From Klebsiella phage K64-1, in the sequence record AB897757.1: a stretch of 64,000 nt of DNA. The stretch is one strand, 5' to 3'. The first letter of the stretch is position 1. The number at the start of each line of letters is the position of its first letter. A program made the position numbers and the translations under genes. The notes beneath the pieces were generated by a model. That model was not told the DNA's origin. It worked only from the letters and a program-made list of their open reading frames with translations, and ran no database searches. Shown here piece by piece: positions 58,101 to 64,000 of this stretch.

Positions 58101-59988
58101 TATAATTACTTTGATCAATATAAGAAATATTATCACTATATGGGTTATTTTGTAAATTTACTGGAATTTCATAACTACCAAGATCGGTATCTGGTACTTC
58201 AGTACTACTATAAGTTCTGATTTGAATCACACTTTCAGAGTCCAAATCAACAGAGTCACCAATGGTGATGCTTTGTACTTTACCATTAGACACATTTCTT
58301 GTATAATCTTCAACTACAACACCATTGACCTGAATTTCAATGATATCTGAACTTCCATCAATGACTTTTTGTGCCAGTTCATAACTGCGGTTATACAATT
58401 CACTCTGAATACCTTCAGTGTTTACCATATGCCAGTCATAATAAGTTTCAGATTCTTCTTTGTAGTATTGATAGGTTGCATTGGTTTCAATAACATATGC
58501 ATACATACCATCAATGGCTTGACTGGAAAAGCTTTCCATTTCATATACAGTACTGAACACTCTGTACATATCAGTGCGTTCAACTTGAGGTGTTTGTTTT
58601 ACAAATTGTTTAGAAAATTCAGTACTACGAACCCAGTCAGTTTTTAATACACTATCTTCATCACCAATGATATTGTAATAATAAAATCCAGGGATTTCTT
58701 TAGTTTCACCAGAACTGATGTATTCATAACGAGTACTTTCAATAAAATTTTCGTATATATAATAATTATAATCACCCAATTCTACATTATATCCATAATA
58801 ACTATCAACTTTGTAGTTGTAGTTAATTTTTAGTCCAAACAGAGAAGAACCACTGAAGGTACTTGACGGATATACAGTACTATCTTGTAATTTTACACCA
58901 TTTCGATCATATAACTGGAAAAGAGGGAATGCATTTGTTCCATTCTTTTTCTGAGTTGCAATCCAGTTATGCCCATTCCAGTACATAGTGGTATTTCCAT
59001 AAACTTTACCACTTTTAATTAATACAACATCACCATCAAGTGGTTCACCACTTACACGTTCTGGTGTTTCTTCATCTGGGTCTAATGCTAAACCATAAAC
59101 GCGAGTACCATCCTGCATTTGGTTGATGTATACTTTATAAATTCTGTTATTTTCACCACTGTTACCAATGCTGGTAAAAAGAATACGCATTCCGTCTAAT
59201 GGGATTTGTCCATCAATACGAATACCCTGATTAATATCTTTTTGTACGATATCTTCTGGTTTTAATGAATCACTTAGTAGATCCACCACACCACGGAACT
59301 GTGTACCAAAATTGATTAGTTCGATATCTTTGTTATATTCAATAATTGGTACTTGTGCACGTACAAAACGATTATCATATGATAATTCATCATTCAGTAC
59401 TGAACCATCTGGTAAAGTATCACCAATGGTATACCAGAAGTTTTGTAATGACCATAAGTTTCCGTTTTTAGCATTACGTTGCATTACAACATAATCAGGA
59501 CTAGCGATACCATATTCATTTTCAGTATCCCAAAGATATGAACTAAAATTAATCATTTTATTTGGATTAATTGGTGGAGTCCATGAATAAATTCTTGAAT
59601 TAAACAGTCGGCTTTGATTATCAGTAATTGCACCATAATGATTCATATAAGAAACCAGATCATCATAGAATTCAATACTACGAATACTTTGATCTACATT
59701 ACGGGAGACATAAGCTGGAGATAACTGATATGCTTGGCGTGGTTGTGTTGATTCATTAACGAAAATCTTACCACTCGCTGCTGGAGAACCCATATCACCA
59801 AGATACCCATCAACGATTTTTTGTTCAGTGGGATTAAAGAATTGTTGAATAACATCATCACATACCTTTTGGATATCTTCCAAGCCTTGCATCCATTCTG
59901 GTAATCTCTTAATGAACAACTTTTGTTGTACTGCTTCAGCCGTTTTTGTTGGTTGAAACTTAAAATCATTAGCCATGTTTAGCTCCAT
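55108..59988 (-). CDS. giant virion protein (1626 aa; tail fibre/baseplate candidate)
   Basis: Long ORF with a TAATAAATAAAA late-promoter-like element about 30 nt upstream and a terminator hairpin beyond it. Confidence 0.6.
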   Translation of the reverse strand: MELNMANDFKFQPTKTAEAVQQKLFIKRLPEWMQGLEDIQKVCDDVIQQFFNPTEQKIVDGYLGDMGSPAASGKIFVNESTQPRQAYQLSPAYVSRNVDQSIRSIEFYDDLVSYMNHYGAITDNQSRLFNSRIYSWTPPINPNKMINFSSYLWDTENEYGIASPDYVVMQRNAKNGNLWSLQNFWYTIGDTLPDGSVLNDELSYDNRFVRAQVPIIEYNKDIELINFGTQFRGVVDLLSDSLKPEDIVQKDINQGIRIDGQIPLDGMRILFTSIGNSGENNRIYKVYINQMQDGTRVYGLALDPDEETPERVSGEPLDGDVVLIKSGKVYGNTTMYWNGHNWIATQKKNGTNAFPLFQLYDRNGVKLQDSTVYPSSTFSGSSLFGLKINYNYKVDSYYGYNVELGDYNYYIYENFIESTRYEYISSGETKEIPGFYYYNIIGDEDSVLKTDWVRSTEFSKQFVKQTPQVERTDMYRVFSTVYEMESFSSQAIDGMYAYVIETNATYQYYKEESETYYDWHMVNTEGIQSELYNRSYELAQKVIDGSSDIIEIQVNGVVVEDYTRNVSNGKVQSITIGDSVDLDSESVIQIRTYSSTEVPDTDLGSYEIPVNLQNNPYSDNISYIDQSNYTLHFQEIVQKNITSGAVDNINDYEERLEQGLVDNAVGTKIIQNEGSLLPLMAHTANSDIDLFEALMFLQGEYLRFNNRFENYMLNMYKEDPSKFLSTSSSDICDTILSNINVGKDSTFAFYYDGVGSTTTTIRTFIPPTPQFMGVLKVHKPEKTVYLTAASKQVPYNIRHTGEITKSYRVINGVDKMDDVIYELENRIYNSIDNTFKDEDYQPELDSSDLFPTPYYRDTEYSAEERDELLLRGYINFIATNGIDSTTHNYDQQNWMTWNYSGTYYTVNGVITDFPARGSWRAIYTDQFGTYRPATHPWEMFGFGVRPTWWNQEYEPTEVQVGTNEDDILYVYEALVVNESGELVPSGLWDVNGVKGDASTGTILYGDRKGQHDKYKRFGTQPFVITKTGEYSTNGKEICTVDYIQPDVLGLVKGTIKERSAPWSYGDMGDNEFTYMNNAMFSYDVMMQIYRAKPAQFCNYFWDTLNDTLKTVKNGGLQLQYKETRTRLNFNSDTVVHGENNTRVLGYQMAVSNYLTYQSKNITSKYGDLVRTSYISIAHKLGGFTKSNELTFTSESFGLISQENQTIGLVRSNNIKNEVLSAVKITFNGSNYIIKGYDLVNATFTYKLPVKNGKKVTVTEGNRTVVHYMEWKEDDTLEYGSILNTFQDVYTFLCGYGQYLVEHGWIFEDVDDTGVQQDWSTIAKYFLQWSTTDLTIGDYISCTPSSKNAKFGTYFGSVQSISETNGGVWSLLDDDNSGIYPYEVETSRIGNVFTVRVNEDADKRMALVRLGVCSWEHAVVFDDKTIFGDSIYQPTFGSIQELVKMYGYITDNWVGRLQAPGFIILEAGTLPSFETLVTNFQHYYDSNDPVSDVQLYDLSTHVIGYQTRDYLQQMITNNPNRVDFYRGFIRDKGSNLVMERVLRVSKSYNTDEYKALQEWAFKVGTYGNVNAKKNLQFQLINSDFKQEPQLVTFNKDVNTSTSSTEIVYYGSQGEDSRWITRPKGKFR

Positions 59989-60026
59989 AAATTCTTTCTT
60001 ATATCATATGTTTTTATTTATTACAT

Positions 60027-60051
60027 AAAAAGGCGTCCACAGTGGACGCCT
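60027..60051 (-). terminator. rho-independent terminator
   Basis: Perfect 8-bp stem AGGCGTCC-acagt-GGACGCCT followed by a T-run on the minus strand. Confidence 0.6.
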
Positions 60052-60055
60052 TAAA

Positions 60056-63000
60056 TTATGAACCAATATTGATATTAGTCTTAGCAAGGGATTTGACAAT
60101 TTGTACATTATCAACTGTTGCAGTACTAATAAAAATCTGATCACTTTGAGATGGTATTTCAAATAAAGAACCAAATTTAGAATCTGGATTTTGTGATACA
60201 ATAACGATTGTACTAATATACCTACCTAAATTACTTTGAATATAAGTACACAAATCAGTATAATAAAAACTTTCACCAAAGTCCCAGTTATCTATACTGA
60301 AGTATTCATTACAAAGAGAAATAACATTTTGTCTTATTTCATCATCACTCATAGTAGTATTTGGTAGTGGTACCACTTTGAAATCAGCCCTGTATGATTC
60401 ATCTGCACTATCACCAAATAAAGGAAGATATCTTGCACTGTGCCAAATTAAACTATCACTGATTACACTCCTTAACTCAACATCGCTAAATGTTTGTTTA
60501 AGTTCAACTGAAGTTGGTGGTTTAGGAATAGTACCACTTGCACCATTCTTAATCCACAATTGTACTTCATCATGATAAGATGTTGTTAATACATACATAT
60601 CAATTAGGTTAGTTTTACTTGGATCTATGCGATTATCATCTGGTGCATAATGTTTCCAGTGGAAATATACCCCGCTTCTTGCACCAACTTTAACATCGTA
60701 TTGAGTACTTACATCATCATATCCATAATAACTGAGTTTTTGGTTTTCATCAACATCGGATGAACCGTTATTCATAATAGCTCTATAAAACGCAGTTTCT
60801 GGTGTAATAGCCGAAGTATCATCAGATGAAGTCATATTTGTAATTAAATTATTAAGACGATCATTGTTATTTCCCACATTTTGTTCAATGAAGTAATAAT
60901 TATCATTGTACGCAAATCCAATAACAAAACCTGAACCTTTATTGAACAAATCACTCAATAAGGTACTTCTGATTTCCACGTTTCTGGTAAATTCTTTTCG
61001 TTTATATGCATTGGTTTCTGCTAATGCATCAGAATTAGTATATTTCCATGAAGAATCTAATAAAGTAAAATCATCATCTGGTAAATTTAATGCTTCTACC
61101 GTGAAATCTTCATTTTGCTGGAATATCAAAATTGCACCATATTTTTTGAGATCAGTTGATTCCCAGTCCGGTACTATATTACTGAATTGATTTGGCTCAA
61201 GTGGGATACCATTGGTATCTATTTTAGTACTACTGATAACTACACGAGAACCATCTATATAACCATTATCCTGTTCAATATTATCAATAATCTGGAACTG
61301 GATATCACTAGACAGACCCAAATTACTGGTATCAGTAGTATTTGAACTTAAAATTGTTATTTTATCGTTCTGTACTGTACCACTGTTGATATCATTAATT
61401 TTATTTGGGTTAACAAAATAAAAACGAACTTTAGAACCACCAACGAAGATATATTCAATACCATTTGATTCAAAACTCCATGATTCAGATGTGTACTTGA
61501 TATTAACCATTACTGGAACAGTAATACCCTGATATGAGATTTCTTCTTCATCAGTACTGATTTCAACTGGAACCCAGCGTGAAATAGATGTATCATAAAT
61601 GAGTACAAAATCCGTTTTTTTATCCAGTTCAGCGGAAATAGATTGAATTTCGACTGAATTGAAACTAATTCGGTAAGGTTTGATATATTCCTGAATATAC
61701 ATAGATGTAGGAACAGTAGTACTTAAAATATAATATCCATTCTCAAGGACATTAGTGATACTACTCCATATCGTCGTGTTTCCATCAGTGAATAAAATTA
61801 AAGTACCAACTTGGTAATCATACAAGGTCTTTCCTGTACTATCAAGTATTTTACCATATGTATTGTTTGTATAATTTGAATTATATTCAGGAGTCCAGAT
61901 ATTTCTCAATTCAAGTGTGACAGTATTACTTGGATATGATTGATATTTCTGTATAACTGCATTTTCACCAATTAATGGTTGGATACTATCAACTACTATA
62001 CTTGCATTTGGTTTAGATGTTGGCAATGATACTGTATTTTTATAAGTAACTTTATCTTTATACATACTACCATCATCACTGAATACATCAGTGTTTTGAT
62101 ATTTCCCGGTTGGGTCATTAATGTCAATGAATCGTGACTGACCACTATATATTCGGTTAATAGCTTTTGCTTTTTGAACCAAATTACCCTGACTTAATGG
62201 TGCAATATCATAATCCTCACCATTGACAAATCGGTTTTGGGTGTAATATAATTGTGGAGCACGAGCTTTAATCTGTTCCAGAGTTTCAGCACTTTGTGCA
62301 CGACTACTTTCGTACTGTAATGTAAATTTAACTTCAAGGATACTCTGTTCGTAGTTTGATTGTGCATTAGTTCTGTACTGATATTTTATACTTTTATTTT
62401 GGATATCAGTTGTTTTAATACTGTATGTCATCCCATTACTAACACGATACCACGTTCTGAATGTTCCACGTGGAACAACACCACTTCTTGAATCAGGAAA
62501 CTTAATACTAATTTGATCATTATCACGCGTGGTTACAGCGAAAATAGTTTGTTTTTTTCTGTCTACACTGTTATAAGCAACACTTTCCATTGCAGGAACT
62601 TTAGTCCATTTGGTTCTTACTAAACCGTCCTGATTAATTTCTTGTACCCAAACATCTGTTTCATTAATATTATTAACATTAATATCCTGTAAACGATTTT
62701 CAATACTCACACTATAATCGAAGTCTTGTTTAGAAAGTGTGCCTTGTTTGAAATAAACGAAAAATCCAGTATTGATTGAATTAAAACCATTACCATCATT
62801 CTGATAAATGATATATTTTTGTTCTTGTGGTTCAGGATGGCGTTCATCGACACCAGAAGAGCTAATATCAGGGTTTACTACTTCAAATTTCATACTTTCA
62901 CCATTTACGTTTGCACTAAATGGGATAGCTGGTGATTGCATTTGATTAGTATTCATTTTATACAAATGAGTACTCAACCCATTCACATTAGTTTTCTTAA

Positions 63001-63520
63001 CTGGATTGCCAAACTGGTTGGTACTCACAAAAACATTGTTCATAACCAGAATAAAGTTCTCGTACCAGTTAGGATCAGTAGGGTCATTCCATCTAATCGT
63101 TTTATCTTTAAGTGATTTATTAAAACTATTTCGTACATCCTGGTTTGTTTTTATTTCAGTGACTTTAGCTAATGCACGACCTGGATATGAACGCCTTGGA
63201 GCATAAGAGATCATTTTAGCAAGTTTAAGTACCGAAGCCCTGCGGGTTGCAGTATCCATAAAGTTTTCACGAGTGTTCATGTCCATACGAAATGCAAGGT
63301 TTTGACCAAGCATGGCAATCGTGTCCAGAATGAATAAAAATTCATCATTTGCAATCCAGTCATTGAATGTATCAGGATAGTTAGTACTAAGATAGTCAAC
63401 CATACTTTGACGTATACTATCGAAATCATATGAATTCAATGAAATTTGATAAAAACTTTCATATATTTGCGACCAGTCTTCACCAGCGTATAAATTAGAT
63501 TGTCTTCTTTGCTGAGACAT
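60056..63520 (-). CDS. large virion protein (1154 aa; baseplate/tail candidate)
   Basis: Long uninterrupted ORF with a GGAATAAC Shine-Dalgarno-like sequence upstream of the ATG. Confidence 0.6.
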   Translation of the reverse strand: MSQQRRQSNLYAGEDWSQIYESFYQISLNSYDFDSIRQSMVDYLSTNYPDTFNDWIANDEFLFILDTIAMLGQNLAFRMDMNTRENFMDTATRRASVLKLAKMISYAPRRSYPGRALAKVTEIKTNQDVRNSFNKSLKDKTIRWNDPTDPNWYENFILVMNNVFVSTNQFGNPVKKTNVNGLSTHLYKMNTNQMQSPAIPFSANVNGESMKFEVVNPDISSSGVDERHPEPQEQKYIIYQNDGNGFNSINTGFFVYFKQGTLSKQDFDYSVSIENRLQDINVNNINETDVWVQEINQDGLVRTKWTKVPAMESVAYNSVDRKKQTIFAVTTRDNDQISIKFPDSRSGVVPRGTFRTWYRVSNGMTYSIKTTDIQNKSIKYQYRTNAQSNYEQSILEVKFTLQYESSRAQSAETLEQIKARAPQLYYTQNRFVNGEDYDIAPLSQGNLVQKAKAINRIYSGQSRFIDINDPTGKYQNTDVFSDDGSMYKDKVTYKNTVSLPTSKPNASIVVDSIQPLIGENAVIQKYQSYPSNTVTLELRNIWTPEYNSNYTNNTYGKILDSTGKTLYDYQVGTLILFTDGNTTIWSSITNVLENGYYILSTTVPTSMYIQEYIKPYRISFNSVEIQSISAELDKKTDFVLIYDTSISRWVPVEISTDEEEISYQGITVPVMVNIKYTSESWSFESNGIEYIFVGGSKVRFYFVNPNKINDINSGTVQNDKITILSSNTTDTSNLGLSSDIQFQIIDNIEQDNGYIDGSRVVISSTKIDTNGIPLEPNQFSNIVPDWESTDLKKYGAILIFQQNEDFTVEALNLPDDDFTLLDSSWKYTNSDALAETNAYKRKEFTRNVEIRSTLLSDLFNKGSGFVIGFAYNDNYYFIEQNVGNNNDRLNNLITNMTSSDDTSAITPETAFYRAIMNNGSSDVDENQKLSYYGYDDVSTQYDVKVGARSGVYFHWKHYAPDDNRIDPSKTNLIDMYVLTTSYHDEVQLWIKNGASGTIPKPPTSVELKQTFSDVELRSVISDSLIWHSARYLPLFGDSADESYRADFKVVPLPNTTMSDDEIRQNVISLCNEYFSIDNWDFGESFYYTDLCTYIQSNLGRYISTIVIVSQNPDSKFGSLFEIPSQSDQIFISTATVDNVQIVKSLAKTNINIGS

Positions 63521-63740
63521 ATATGTTATTCCTTTAAAATTATGTTGAATGTATTTTTAAAGTGCTGTATAAGTACTGAAATATGATTTTCATCATATCT
63601 AATTCTCAATAGTCATTCTTTATACACGTAATTATGTTTTCTAATGATTCATTATTACTTTGGTATTGTAAATTGATTCATTTAACCATATAAAATACTA
63701 TCCAGTACTATATTCTATGAAGATATTTATAAAATAATAA

Positions 63741-63762
63741 AGGCTCCATATCGGAGCCTTTA
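63741..63762 (-). terminator. rho-independent terminator
   Basis: GGCTCC-atatc-GGAGCC hairpin flanked by A- and T-runs, directly after the partial minus-strand gene. Confidence 0.55.
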
Positions 63763-63769
63763 ATGTTAT

Positions 63770-64000
63770 TATGAAACAACATAAGATGACATTTTATCAG
63801 TGTTTCTGTTATCAAATACCATACGAAGAGTTTCAACTGAATTTAGAATTACATACTTCAGTTGTAATTCAACTACATAACCGTAATCAATTTTTTCGGC
63901 CGCAATATTCAATAGTTCAACTCTTGGTTCTTCATACACAATTCTCCTACAGTCAGCTTCAATAAGATTGAGTGTGTTGTAGCTATCCAGTGAGAAGATT
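63770..64000 (-). CDS. hypothetical protein (3' partial, continues beyond window end)
   Basis: Open minus-strand frame from the window edge to the TAA at 63770-63772 (…VFDNRNTDKMSSYVVS*). The + strand ORF 63771..63965 is antisense to it. Confidence 0.4.

Noticed and set aside
63771-63965. + strand 64-aa ORF at the window end
   Set aside because: It is antisense to an open minus-strand frame that runs from the window edge to a stop at 63770 and is followed by a terminator hairpin. The minus-strand partial gene is the more plausible one.

Overview
This window looks like an AT-rich (roughly 32% GC by eye) segment of a large virulent myovirus, probably a T4-related or jumbo phage genome. Genes are tightly packed, often overlap start and stop codons, and are mostly separated by rho-independent terminator hairpins. 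I saw no rRNA, tRNA, CRISPR array or obvious IS/transposon.

Recognisable content on the + strand (1-38.7 kb):
- A block of small early-type ORFs with sigma70-like promoters of the form TTGACA-N16-18-TGATATAAT.
- A lysis module with an i-spanin/o-spanin pair, plus a signal-peptide LysM-GH24 endolysin located elsewhere.
- Nucleotide metabolism: thymidine kinase, thymidylate synthase, dNMP kinase and an NrdC-like glutaredoxin.
- RNA and NAD-metabolite enzymes: a CCA-adding tRNA nucleotidyltransferase, a 2H phosphoesterase, a macro domain protein, two Nudix hydrolases, and a pol-beta-type nucleotidyltransferase.
- Three putative selfish endonucleases: an HNH, a NUMOD3-repeat/PD-(D/E)xK protein, and a TnsA-like protein sitting inside the tail module.
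- A tail module: sheath, two paralogous tube genes, and structural proteins.
- A compositionally distinct block (about 40-43% GC, host-like codon usage) encoding a MoxR-class AAA+ ATPase with its VWA/metallopeptidase-like partner.

From 38.7 kb to the end:
- The strands alternate and carry tail-fibre/baseplate-like genes, including one with collagen-like repeats.
- A phage-encoded ClpA-like double-ring AAA+ unfoldase whose N-domain is separated from the body by a frameshift.
- Three giant minus-strand ORFs of 1154, 1626 and 1662 aa; two of them are in frame across a single TGA.

The most unusual items are:
- the ClpA homologue;
- the MoxR/VWA pair with altered composition;
- a 2H-phosphoesterase -> macro -> Nudix enzyme set matching the ADP-ribose-1'',2''-cyclic-phosphate catabolic route, which may be an anti-defence toolkit;
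- a ~1 kb repeat- and hairpin-rich non-coding region at 6.8-7.8 kb;
- the in-frame stop between the giant ORFs.

All functional calls come from motif recognition by eye and would need HMM or BLAST confirmation.
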